Notes under the pieces: generated by a model
What the model was told of the DNA's origin: nothing
Seen by the model: the letters and a program-made list of their open reading frames with translations, nothing else
Database searches by the model: none
Assembly (NCBI GenBank): GCA_037622205.1
Contig: JASJJZ010000070.1
Coordinates: 119 to 64,118 of the forward strand
Direction of reading: 5' to 3'
Source of the DNA: Actinomycetes bacterium
Lineage (GTDB): Bacteria; Actinomycetota; Actinomycetes; Nanopelagicales; Nanopelagicaceae
DNA length: 64,000 nucleotides
Program-made: the position numbers and the translations under genes
In this document: positions 9,679 to 18,757 of the stretch, piece by piece
Layout of the letters: every line of letters starts with the position of its first letter
Position numbering within the stretch: position 1 is the stretch's first letter

Positions 9679-10401
9679 TTAGGCCTTCTCGAAATATTGC
9701 TGATCAATTTCATGAATCCAATTATTCGCATCCAGATTCTCTTTCCATTCACTGGTATCAAATTCTATTCGCGCTCTGCCCTCTAAATCCGTGAACTTCT
9801 GAGATATTTTTGCCTCAAATCTTTCAGCCGCTCTCGCAGCTTCTTCTAAGTCTCCTTGCAAACAGAGCCAGAAGCCATTTTCTGCTAACCGCGAGTAAAA
9901 ATCACTTCCCCGCATATTATTTTTTATACAATTACTTATTATTACTAATCCCTTCTCGAATTCTAGATTCGTAATACCTACTTTATTCGTAATACCCGCT
10001 CTACTCGTGTTTGAACTTTGAGAAGCGAGCGTTTCAACCTTTTCTATTTCTATCTTTTCCTTTACTTCCTTGCCTTCTTTTATTATTGACTTTTCTGGTA
10101 AAAGTTTCATGGTAATTATTGAAATTGCTTGAGATTTGCGCCGGGATTGAGAGATATCTCTAGCTAAATTATCGAAGAATATTTTGGGCGCTGGAGCTCC
10201 GGTTAGCGAATCTGAAACTCCATTGTTAGAGAATTCAATATCTCTCGCCAAAGTATTGGTGTCAAAAGTCCTCAATTTCTCTCCTGCCCGATATTTTATA
10301 GTTCTTGAATTTTCTATTTTGCGATAACTAGAGGATAGCCACATCTGGGCTTTCTTCTTCATTTTGTTGTTACAATTTTGGGGTGCTAGTTTCTTCGCCA
10401 T
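9679..10401 (-). CDS. Hypothetical protein with a lysine-rich, low-complexity N-terminal half and a C-terminal degenerate GGDEF-like region
   Basis: Open frame in the tad operon's upstream slot. The C-terminus, NMRGSDFYSRLAENGFWLCLQGDLEEAARAAERFEAKI..IEFDTSEW..IHEIDQQYFEKA, follows the GGDEF pattern R..D...R.GGDEF..ll.....eeA...aeri...i..S.G......AD.AlY.AK, with AENGF in place of GGDEF. Start uncertain (10401, 10362 or 10344). Confidence 0.5.
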   Translation of the reverse strand: MAKKLAPQNCNNKMKKKAQMWLSSSYRKIENSRTIKYRAGEKLRTFDTNTLARDIEFSNNGVSDSLTGAPAPKIFFDNLARDISQSRRKSQAISIITMKLLPEKSIIKEGKEVKEKIEIEKVETLASQSSNTSRAGITNKVGITNLEFEKGLVIISNCIKNNMRGSDFYSRLAENGFWLCLQGDLEEAARAAERFEAKISQKFTDLEGRARIEFDTSEWKENLDANNWIHEIDQQYFEKA

Positions 10402-10438
10402 TTTCAATTTTTATCAATATTTACCTAGTAAAGGAGCC

Positions 10439-10816
10439 CAGATGAAGATTACGGATTCTTTCTACGATAAATCTAGGCGGGCTGCGGTTTTGCTGCTTCG
10501 ATTTGAATCTCTGATATTAGCTGGTCTAGTTATCTACTTACTTCTTGCGACCGTCTTTTCAACTGCTACTTGGCCATCGGCCTTAATCGGTGAGATCGCA
10601 TTTGCCTTAATTGGTGCCGCCGGGCTCTTTTTCGCCGCTATGGGATTCGCTCGAAGTCGTTCATATGGACGAGCGCCTGCGGTCCTTGCAAATGCAATTG
10701 CTGTAGGGGTTTCTTACTACATGATTTCAGGTGGTTTATTGATAGTTGGTATCCCACTAGCTTTACTTGGTTCGGTAACTTTTATTGCAGCGCTATTCGG
10801 ATATCGCGAAAAGTAA
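10439..10816 (+). CDS. Integral membrane protein (about 4 TM), function unknown
   Basis: AAAGGAG lies 6 nt before ATG 10439; four hydrophobic segments. Confidence 0.6.
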   Translation, partial: QMKITDSFYDKSRRAAVLLLRFESLILAGLVIYLLLATVFSTATWPSALIGEIAFALIGAAGLFFAAMGFARSRSYGRAPAVLANAIAVGVSYYMISGGLLIVGIPLALLGSVTFIAALFGYREK

Positions 10817-10834
10817 AAATAATTATTTAAATTA

Positions 10835-11557
10835 TTACCAGGGAATAACTTCTTGATCTTCCCAAAAAAGTCCGGTTTGATCTTTGGCCGCTTCAAATTT
10901 TCTAGTTGCTAACCAGATTGCGGTTGCAGCACCTTCTTCTGCAGATCTTGGTGCATCAGGACCACCCATATCTGTTCTGCTGTGATTTGGGCATATAGCA
11001 TCAACTAAAAAACCTCGATTGCCCTGCCCGGTTTCGTGTGCAAGATTTCTAACCAAAGCATTAACTCCGGCTTTACTAATTCGATACGGTGCAAGCCCTC
11101 CGGTATTTCCAGGACCGGACATTCGCCCTAAGCATGCAGAGAAAATAATTACGCGGCCATTACGGGCTTCAGCCATTGCAGGCGCCAATGTGTTTACTGC
11201 AATAAATGTTGCATCTAAATTTATTGCCATTACGCGTCGCCACTCTTGAGTTGTTGTGCGGAGAGTTTTCGAAATTTTTTCACTCATAACACCATGAGCT
11301 AAAACAAGAATTGACGGGGTTGTATATTTCTGCACAATCTCTTCAAATTTTAATTTTGTCGCATCTAGATCTTCAAAATCAACTGTTTCAAAGTCACAAG
11401 AGATCTCTAATGCGCTTTTGGCGGCGCGATTTGAGTCCTTACTAACTATTAGGACTTTGTATCCGGACGCCTTAAGGGATTTTGCTACGACAAAACCCAA
11501 CCCCCGGGAGCCACCTGTGACAATCGCCAGGGGCTGGTTTTGAGTGCTCGAATCCAT
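10835..11557 (-). CDS. SDR family oxidoreductase (carbonyl-reductase-like)
   Basis: TGGSRGLG cofactor motif, catalytic YRISKAG (YxxxK). The track's N-terminal 32 aa were trimmed to MDSSTQ. Confidence 0.85.
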   Translation of the reverse strand: MDSSTQNQPLAIVTGGSRGLGFVVAKSLKASGYKVLIVSKDSNRAAKSALEISCDFETVDFEDLDATKLKFEEIVQKYTTPSILVLAHGVMSEKISKTLRTTTQEWRRVMAINLDATFIAVNTLAPAMAEARNGRVIIFSACLGRMSGPGNTGGLAPYRISKAGVNALVRNLAHETGQGNRGFLVDAICPNHSRTDMGGPDAPRSAEEGAATAIWLATRKFEAAKDQTGLFWEDQEVIPW

Positions 11558-11783
11558 GACCGTAACTCTGCCCAATTTTGATTGAGATTTCCTCTCGAAT
11601 TTCGATATCTTGGAGCGCAGCCACACGCCTTTTTTAAAATGTGACTTATTCAATCTCTCTCATTTTGCGGATATCACCGGAAAGAATAGTTCCCAAGCCT
11701 TCACTCCTATTAGACTTATGCAAGAGTTAAATTGGAATTGAAGAAGATTTTCCACGCTAGAACTGGAATCGGGAGCATCGAAA

Positions 11784-14700
11784 GTGTCGGCAACTGGATC
11801 TAATACACCTGCTAATCATTTTGGTGGATCTTTTGGCCCAAATGAATGGCTTGTCGATGAGATGTTCGAAAAATATTTAGCTGATCCAAATTCTGTAGAT
11901 GCCGCCTGGGGCGAATTTTTTGCTAACTACAAACCCGGCGTGAGTAGCAATTCGCCAGCCGCTAATTCAAAGGTAATTCCAACTTTAGATAACGCGCCGA
12001 AAGGTGGCACGCCACCGCTTCCTAAGAAAGTTGTGGACCCATCAACGCTACAAATTCCAGTTGCGGCAACTCAGGTAGCGGGAACGCCAGTTGCGCAAGC
12101 AACACAGGTAGCGGCAACGCCAGTTGCACAAGCAACGCCAGTTAAAGCTGCAACTCCTGCGGATCCAATTAAGAAGCCAATCCCAACATTGATAACTCCA
12201 GGCGCTTCATCTCTCGAACCAATTCGTGGGGTAAGCGCTCGCGTAGTTCAAAGCATGGAAGCCTCGTTATCGGTCCCAACTGCAACAAGTGTTCGGGTGA
12301 TCCCTGCGAAATTAATGATTGATAATCGCACAGTTATTAATAACCATTTAAAACGTAGTCGCGGTGGAAAAGTTTCATTCACTCATTTAATTGGTTACGC
12401 AATGATTAAGGCAATGCGTGCCATGCCAGAAATGAATGCTTATTTTGGCGAATTAGATAGCAAGCCAGCGATCGGGAAACCAGAGCATATAAATCTTGGA
12501 ATTGCGATTGATTTAGCAAAACCAGATGGTTCACGTCAATTGCTAGTGCCATCAATTAAAGGTTGTGAGCAATTAGATTTTGCGCAGTTTTGGAGTTCTT
12601 ACGAGGAGATAGTTCGCAAAGCCCGCGGCGGTTCACTTACTGTCGAAGATTTTGCTGGAACAACAGCTTCTCTAACAAACCCGGGAACAATCGGGACGGT
12701 GCATTCAGTGCCTCGTCTAGTACAAGGCCAGGGCTTAATCCTTGGCGTTGGTGCAATGGATTATCCAGCGGAATTCCATGGTGCCAATGAAGATACTTTG
12801 GCAGATTTAGCAATAAGTAAAATCATAACTTTAACTAGCACCTACGATCACAGAATAATTCAAGGTGCACAGTCAGGTGATTTCTTAAAACGAATTCATG
12901 AATTATTACTTGGCGAAAATGGTTTCTATGATGAAATTTTCGCAGCTCTGCGCATCCCATACGTTCCAATTCGCTGGGTTGTTGATATGCGCTTTAGCAA
13001 GGAAGTTCATGTTGGAAAAACTGCAAGGGTTCAAGAATTAATTAGCGCCTATCGCACATCAGGCCACTTAATGGCAGATATTGATCCACTTAAATATGTT
13101 CAACGCTCACATCCTGATTTGGATGTTGTTACTCACGGACTTTCGCTCTGGGATTTAGATCGAGAATTTGCAACCGGCGACTTTGGTGGCCAGCCAGTTA
13201 TGAAATTGCGTAAAATCTTGGGAATTCTGCGTGATTCATACTGCCGCACAATCGGTGTTGAATATATGTATATCGAAAACCCACTAGAGCGGGCCTGGAT
13301 TCAAGAATATGTGGAAGTTGGCTATCCAAGAACGCCACGCGAAGAACAGCTTCGCATACTGCGTAAATTAAATAGCGCCGAAGCATTTGAAGCATTCTTA
13401 CAGACAAAATATGTCGGACAGAAGCGCTTCTCGCTTGAAGGTGGCGAAACTTTGATTCCGCTACTCGATGCAATTATTTCTGCGGCAGCAGATCGTGGAT
13501 TGGAAGAAGTTTGTGTTGGGATGCCACACCGTGGACGTCTAAATGTTCTCGCAAATATTGCTGGTAAGTCATATGGCCAGATTTTCCAGGAGTTCGAAGG
13601 TCATTATGCGGAAAATCAAGTTCATGGTTCCGGCGATGTGAAATATCATCTTGGAACTGCCGGAACTTTCACTGCAGAATCTGGTGCAACAACCAAGATT
13701 TATCTTGCAGCAAACCCTTCACACCTAGAGGCCGTAAACCCAGTATTAGAAGGTATTACGCGAGCTAAGCAAGATAAGTCAAATATCAAAGAGGTCTTCA
13801 ATGTTATGCCAATCTTGATGCACGGCGATGCTGCTTTCGCTGGTCAAGGCGTGGTTTCGGAAACCCTAAACCTCTCTCAACTCAAGGGTTACCGAGTGGG
13901 GGGCACGATTCATGTTGTTGTAAATAATCAGGTTGGCTTCACTACCTCTCCTCATGCAGCGCGCTCATCAACTTACTCAACAGATATCGCAAAAATGATT
14001 CAAGCACCGGTATTTCATGTAAATGCCGATGACCCAGAGAGTGTTGTCCGCGTCGCACGCATCGCTTTCGAGTATCGCCAAGCATTTAATAAAGATGTTG
14101 TAATCGACATGGTTTGCTATCGTCGCCGCGGCCACAATGAGGGCGACGAACCAAGTTTCACACAGCCGCTTATGTATAAATTGATTGAAGCCAAACGCTC
14201 AACGCGAAAGCTTTATACCGAAGCGCTAATTGGTCGCGGTGATATTACTGTTGAAGAGGCAGAAGAAGTATTACAAGATTATCAAGCACAGCTTGATGCG
14301 GTCTACAACGCAGTTCATAACAGCGAGCCAGAACATGATGAAAATATTGTTGTTCCAGTTGCGCCAGCTCCAGAGAGTGTTAACACATCGGTTGATGAGG
14401 CAACCCTTCGAAAGATTGTTGCAACACAGAGCGCGATTCCAGAGGGATTTACTCCGCATATAAAATTGGCACCGCAGCTTGCGAAACGGGTTCAGATGTT
14501 GGATGAGGGCACAGTTGATTGGTCGACCGGTGAACTACTCGCGATGGGTTCACTTTTATTAGAAGGTCACCCAATTCGTCTCGCCGGACAAGATGTAAAG
14601 CGCGGAACTTTTAGTAATCGTCACGCGGTCGTTGTGGATCAAAATAATGGTTCTGATTGGACACCACTTCGTTCATTAATTTCAGATGAAAATCAATTCT

Positions 14701-15527
14701 TCGTTGTTGATTCATTATTGTCAGAATATGCTGCAATGGGCTTTGAATATGGCTACTCCGTAGAGCGCGAAAATGCCCTTGTAATGTGGGAAGCGCAATT
14801 TGGAGACTTTGCCAATGGCGCACAAACAATTATTGATGAATTCATTTCCTCCGCACTTCAAAAGTGGGGAGAGCGTTCATCCCTTGTTCTATTACTCCCA
14901 CATGGTTATGAAGGTCAGGGTCCAGATCATTCATCTGGTCGTATCGAGCGCTTTCTTGCGCTTTGCGCAGAATTAAATATGACAGTTGCTCAACCATCTT
15001 CACCGGCATCATATTTTCACTTATTGCGTTGGCACATGAAGAATCCAGCGCGCCGCCCACTTATCGTATTTGAGCCAAAATCAATGTTGCGGTTAAAAGC
15101 AGCAGCATCTGGAATGCAAGATTTCACAACTGGAACATTTAGACCACTAATTGACGACTCAACAGTTGTAAATGCAAGCCGGGTTATTTTCTGTTCTGGA
15201 AAGATTTATCACGACCTAGTTGCCGAACGCGCGAAATTGGATGAAAGCTCGACTGCAATAATTCGTCTGGAACAGCTTTACCCATTCCCATCTGAACAAT
15301 TTGCTGAAGTCGCAGCTAAGCATCCAAATGCAAATCTACTTTGGGTTCAAGATGAACCAGCGAATCAAGGACCATGGCCATTTGTCGCACTTACAACATC
15401 TGAATTCCTTGAAGGTCGCACTCTTCGCCGTGTTTCACGTCGCGCAACTGCAAGTCCAGCAACTGGTTCACACCATTTGCATGAAGAAGAGCAGAACGCG
15501 CTAATGACGGAAGCGTTCTCCCGTTAG
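11784..15527 (+). CDS. kgd: Multifunctional 2-oxoglutarate metabolism enzyme Kgd/SucA (E1o with N-terminal E2-like acyltransferase domain)
   Basis: 1247 aa. Ala/Pro-rich linker, E2-type catalytic segment (TYDHRIIQGAQSGDFL), then a ThDP-dependent E1o (RGHNEGDEP, EAQFGDFANGAQ). Confidence 0.95.
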   Translation: MSATGSNTPANHFGGSFGPNEWLVDEMFEKYLADPNSVDAAWGEFFANYKPGVSSNSPAANSKVIPTLDNAPKGGTPPLPKKVVDPSTLQIPVAATQVAGTPVAQATQVAATPVAQATPVKAATPADPIKKPIPTLITPGASSLEPIRGVSARVVQSMEASLSVPTATSVRVIPAKLMIDNRTVINNHLKRSRGGKVSFTHLIGYAMIKAMRAMPEMNAYFGELDSKPAIGKPEHINLGIAIDLAKPDGSRQLLVPSIKGCEQLDFAQFWSSYEEIVRKARGGSLTVEDFAGTTASLTNPGTIGTVHSVPRLVQGQGLILGVGAMDYPAEFHGANEDTLADLAISKIITLTSTYDHRIIQGAQSGDFLKRIHELLLGENGFYDEIFAALRIPYVPIRWVVDMRFSKEVHVGKTARVQELISAYRTSGHLMADIDPLKYVQRSHPDLDVVTHGLSLWDLDREFATGDFGGQPVMKLRKILGILRDSYCRTIGVEYMYIENPLERAWIQEYVEVGYPRTPREEQLRILRKLNSAEAFEAFLQTKYVGQKRFSLEGGETLIPLLDAIISAAADRGLEEVCVGMPHRGRLNVLANIAGKSYGQIFQEFEGHYAENQVHGSGDVKYHLGTAGTFTAESGATTKIYLAANPSHLEAVNPVLEGITRAKQDKSNIKEVFNVMPILMHGDAAFAGQGVVSETLNLSQLKGYRVGGTIHVVVNNQVGFTTSPHAARSSTYSTDIAKMIQAPVFHVNADDPESVVRVARIAFEYRQAFNKDVVIDMVCYRRRGHNEGDEPSFTQPLMYKLIEAKRSTRKLYTEALIGRGDITVEEAEEVLQDYQAQLDAVYNAVHNSEPEHDENIVVPVAPAPESVNTSVDEATLRKIVATQSAIPEGFTPHIKLAPQLAKRVQMLDEGTVDWSTGELLAMGSLLLEGHPIRLAGQDVKRGTFSNRHAVVVDQNNGSDWTPLRSLISDENQFFVVDSLLSEYAAMGFEYGYSVERENALVMWEAQFGDFANGAQTIIDEFISSALQKWGERSSLVLLLPHGYEGQGPDHSSGRIERFLALCAELNMTVAQPSSPASYFHLLRWHMKNPARRPLIVFEPKSMLRLKAAASGMQDFTTGTFRPLIDDSTVVNASRVIFCSGKIYHDLVAERAKLDESSTAIIRLEQLYPFPSEQFAEVAAKHPNANLLWVQDEPANQGPWPFVALTTSEFLEGRTLRRVSRRATASPATGSHHLHEEEQNALMTEAFSR

Positions 15528-15553
15528 CTCTCAGCTAGCATAATTAATTTTAA

Positions 15554-15931
15554 TTAAAATTTAGCCCGTCGATAGCGGAAGATAAGTTTTCCGATTACTT
15601 CACTTGAATCAATTGCGCCCCAACTTCTGGAATCAGTTGACTTCGCTTTATTGTCACCTTCAACCCAAACCTCTTTTTTGTTGCCGGTATTTGGTTTGCT
15701 AGATATCTGGTTAACCCGTTTAACCTGCAAGAAGTCCTTGCCAACTTGTGATTGGCGCTGGATTAGAACGACTTTGCCAACCAGGGCTTTGGGGTTTAAT
15801 CCCGACTTAGATTTTGCTGGGAGCAGGCGGAAAAGTAGCCAATCACCATCGTTGTAGTTAGGCGACATCGAATCCCCACGGAGCTCTACCGCCTTAAATA
15901 ATTTCGCAACACTGAAATGCAAGGTATCCAT
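15554..15931 (-). CDS. sodX: Nickel-type superoxide dismutase maturation protease (S26 family)
   Basis: GDSMSPNY catalytic Ser motif and VKRV Lys region. Divergent from sodN. Confidence 0.85.
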   Translation of the reverse strand: MDTLHFSVAKLFKAVELRGDSMSPNYNDGDWLLFRLLPAKSKSGLNPKALVGKVVLIQRQSQVGKDFLQVKRVNQISSKPNTGNKKEVWVEGDNKAKSTDSRSWGAIDSSEVIGKLIFRYRRAKF

Positions 15932-16024
15932 AGGCGTAGTAGTGTCGCACCATAAATCCGGTAAATCCAGATGGCACCACTTGTCGAGAAATTAGCAAGA
16001 AATTGACCCAGCTAAAGATAGGAA

Positions 16025-16450
16025 ATGGAAACTATGAACTTACAATCAGCAAATTTTAAGAACATATTTAAGCCAGAAGCGATTGCGCATGCACATTGTG
16101 ATCTACCTTGTGGTGTTTATGATCCAGCTCAGGCCAAGATTGAGGCGCTTTCAGTTAAGGCAACTATGGAGAAATATGCAGCTTCAACTGATGTAGATTT
16201 CAAATCTCGCGCAGTTGCAATTAAAGAAGAGCGCTCTGAATTGGTAAAGCACCATCTCTGGGTTCTATGGACTGACTACTTCAAGCCAACTCACTTTGAG
16301 ACCTATCCACAACTTCATGTCTTATTTAACGAGGCAACAAAGCTTGCTGGTGCCGGCGGAACCAAGGGTTCAAATGATGTTGCGGTGGCTGACAAATTAA
16401 TCACGAAGATTGATGAAATCGCAGAAATCTTCTGGGCAACTAAGAAGTAA
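16025..16450 (+). CDS. sodN: Nickel-containing superoxide dismutase
   Basis: Ni-hook HCDLPCGVYDP preceded by a 20-23 aa propeptide ending AHA. Confidence 0.95.
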   Translation: METMNLQSANFKNIFKPEAIAHAHCDLPCGVYDPAQAKIEALSVKATMEKYAASTDVDFKSRAVAIKEERSELVKHHLWVLWTDYFKPTHFETYPQLHVLFNEATKLAGAGGTKGSNDVAVADKLITKIDEIAEIFWATKK

Positions 16451-16473
16451 ATCTGTAAATTAGATTCACCGAG

Positions 16474-16508
16474 ATGAGCTCACCTTCGGGTGGGCTCATT
16501 TTTATTTC
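16474..16508 (+). terminator. Rho-independent terminator of sodN
   Basis: ATGAGCTCACC-TTCG-GGTGGGCTCAT (11-bp stem with one G-U pair) followed by TTTTTATTT. Confidence 0.7.
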
Positions 16509-16514
16509 TTAAAA

Positions 16515-16919
16515 TTATTCGCGCGAAATGGACTCGGCTGCGATTCGAGCGGCAAATGAAACCCGATCAACAATTTTTCTATTAATAATCCCACTCGCAA
16601 TCAATTTTGTTCCTTGGTGCACTTCAATACTAAATTTACAGATAGAACCTGCTATTTCAATGCAGGTTGCGTTTGCTCGAATCTCAATCCCTACTCCAAC
16701 TGATGCATGAGTAGTAATTTCTAAATACGAAGTTATAGAAGTCTCGCCTGCTCCTAGATGTTCGGCAAGTGCTCTCGTGCAGGACCCTTCAAAAATATTA
16801 ATGAGCGTTGGGGTCGCCAAGATCGGTAAATCATTTAGCGCTTGGGCTACTGAAGTATCTGCAGGACGAACAGTGAGGGAAGCCATTCCAATACTCCCAG
16901 ATACTGCCTCTGAATTCAT
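16515..16919 (-). CDS. Hotdog-fold thioesterase family protein
   Basis: About 130 aa. LATPTLINIFEGSCTRAL..HLGAGETSITSYLEITTHASVGVG..ATCIEI resembles the FlK/thioesterase hotdog pattern. Confidence 0.65.
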   Translation of the reverse strand: MNSEAVSGSIGMASLTVRPADTSVAQALNDLPILATPTLINIFEGSCTRALAEHLGAGETSITSYLEITTHASVGVGIEIRANATCIEIAGSICKFSIEVHQGTKLIASGIINRKIVDRVSFAARIAAESISRE

Positions 16920-16924
16920 AACCG

Positions 16925-17287
16925 CTAACTTAGCGGGAAATCACGTCTAATCTCGTGAGTCGTTTCAATTTCGATGTGTGTCTCGCCATTAAAGGTAGTT
17001 TCTGTCCGTCGATATTCCGTAATTATTTGTGTTGGACTAAACATTTGTGAAGCAAGTAGTGCGGTCTGCGCAGCGATACGGTTCTGTAAATCCGCTGGCG
17101 CCTGCTCGCAACACTCATCTGCCAATAAAGATTTCATTCGACTCAAAACTTGGCGTTCGTGTTCCATTTCAGTTAAACACTGTAAACATTCTTCAAAATG
17201 GCTCTGAAAAGTTTGAACTTGGATCGTATCTTCAATCTCATTGTCAATGAAGAGAATCAACGCATGCATAACTTCATTACACTCCAT
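16925..17287 (-). CDS. rsrA: Zinc-binding anti-sigma factor (ZAS), RsrA/RshA type
   Basis: HFEECLQCL (HxxxCxxC) plus upstream and downstream Cys (MECNEV.., ADECCEQ). Overlaps the 3' end of the sigH gene by 11 nt. Confidence 0.85.
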   Translation of the reverse strand: MECNEVMHALILFIDNEIEDTIQVQTFQSHFEECLQCLTEMEHERQVLSRMKSLLADECCEQAPADLQNRIAAQTALLASQMFSPTQIITEYRRTETTFNGETHIEIETTHEIRRDFPLS

Positions 17288-17945
17288 TAGACCCTCCAAA
17301 CCCGCGATTTTTTGCGTAATCAGTAAGTAGGGTTCGCAGCAATTTGCGGCCACGGTGGAGTCGCGACATGACAGTTCCAGAAGGGATTCCTAAAATTTCT
17401 GCTATCTCCTTATAGGAATAGCCTTCAACGTCAGCATAAAAAACTGCAAGCCTAAACTCTTCTGGAATTTCTTGGAGAGCTCGTTTGACATCGCCATCAG
17501 GTAAATTTTCTAGAACTTCATCTTCAGCAGATTTTCCTTGATCGCTGGTGTGGCTTGCCGACGCGGCTAACTGCCAATCCTCAACTTCACCATCAGAGAT
17601 AAGTGGCCGGCGCTGATCTTTTCGATAAGTATTGATAAAAGTTGTCGTAAGAATTCGATATAGCCAAGCTTTTAAATTCGTTCCTGGTTCGAATTGATGG
17701 AAAGAGGTAAAGGCTTTTGCATATGTGTCTTGAACTAGATCCTGCGCATTATGTGGATCTCTCGTATAACGAAGAGCTGCGGCATACAACTGATTTGTGT
17801 ATTGCATGGCATCGCGCTCAAACCTTGCTGTTCGCTCGATAACAGACTCCGTGGCCAATAATTGGGCCGGAGTTTTAATCTCGATTTCCGAAGTCATCGG
17901 GAATAAGGCTACCGCCAAGATGAATTCCTTTCTTTCTCGAAGCAT
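17277..17945 (-). CDS. sigH: ECF-type RNA polymerase sigma factor SigH/SigR
   Basis: Region 2 ([27 protein letters not shown]) and region 4 ([23 protein letters not shown]). Co-transcribed with the ZAS anti-sigma factor. Confidence 0.9.
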   Translation of the reverse strand: MLRERKEFILAVALFPMTSEIEIKTPAQLLATESVIERTARFERDAMQYTNQLYAAALRYTRDPHNAQDLVQDTYAKAFTSFHQFEPGTNLKAWLYRILTTTFINTYRKDQRRPLISDGEVEDWQLAASASHTSDQGKSAEDEVLENLPDGDVKRALQEIPEEFRLAVFYADVEGYSYKEIAEILGIPSGTVMSRLHRGRKLLRTLLTDYAKNRGFGGSNGV

Positions 17946-17952
17946 TGGATAA

Positions 17953-17979
17953 AACGGATTCTGATTCCTTTTTATTCCC
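17953..17979 (-). promoter_or_regulatory. SigH/SigR-type autoregulatory promoter GGAAT-N18-GTT
   Basis: On the minus strand, GGGAAT (17979-17974), an 18-nt spacer, then GTT (17955-17953). The ATG at 17945 is 7 nt downstream of GTT. Confidence 0.6.
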
Positions 17980-17981
17980 GC

Positions 17982-18725
17982 TTAGAAAAGGGTATTCGGC
18001 ACGCTCACGTCGATTTCAGAAATCAAATCTGCGCCATTATTTCGAGTGGCATTCACACGGGTCGATACCGGGTACGCCCGCAAGCCCGCTGTGGGTTCTG
18101 GTATTTCCATGAGTGCTCGCACTTTCTCAATAACATTTAACTTTGGATCTAGCCAAGAGTCCCAGTGTTCGACTGGGAGAAATGTTGGCATCCGATTATG
18201 AATTGTTGCCAAGAAATTTACTGCTGGTCTTGTGATAATTGAAGCGCTCTCAAAAATTTCGCCACTGGGATCGACCCAGCTATCGAAAATTCCGGCGAAG
18301 GCCAGAGTCTTTCCTACTTCGGATTGAATAAAAAATGGCTGTTTGCTCTCATATTTTCCAAGTTCTGTTGCCCACTCATAATATCCAGATGCCGGTATCA
18401 GACAACGTCTGGATTTGAACGCACTTCTAAATGTTGGTTTTTCGTGAACACTTTCACCTCGCGCATTAATCGCTTGTGATTGCGAACGAATTGCCTCGCT
18501 TCGATCTTTACTCCATGGTGCGATCATCCCCCAAGAGAGCGTTGCTAATTCTCGGTGATTATCTTTCGTACTATTTCGGAGGACATATATTTCGCGAGTT
18601 GGTGCAATATTCCAATCCATAGGTGGTGGAGTGATGATGCCTACGCTAGTTATGCCGCCTAGAGTAATTTCAAATTCTTCAATCAATTCACCCGCTGATT
18701 TAACGAGGGCATATCTTCCGCACAT
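17982..18725 (-). CDS. SOS response-associated peptidase (SRAP/YedK family, abasic-site processing)
   Basis: MCGRYAL N-terminus with catalytic Cys2; ..GYYEW.. and HNRMP motifs. Confidence 0.9.
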   Translation of the reverse strand: MCGRYALVKSAGELIEEFEITLGGITSVGIITPPPMDWNIAPTREIYVLRNSTKDNHRELATLSWGMIAPWSKDRSEAIRSQSQAINARGESVHEKPTFRSAFKSRRCLIPASGYYEWATELGKYESKQPFFIQSEVGKTLAFAGIFDSWVDPSGEIFESASIITRPAVNFLATIHNRMPTFLPVEHWDSWLDPKLNVIEKVRALMEIPEPTAGLRAYPVSTRVNATRNNGADLISEIDVSVPNTLF

Positions 18726-18757
18726 AACGGTAAGAATACCTGCTGAGGTAGGCTTGC

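Noticed and set aside
10364-10438. 5' extension of the membrane protein ORF
   Set aside because: It would overlap the divergent upstream gene. A good AAAGGAG-ATG start exists at 10439.
16474-16508. Bidirectional terminator serving the convergent thioesterase gene as well
   Set aside because: The T-tract is present only on the plus strand. On the minus strand the hairpin is followed by mixed sequence.
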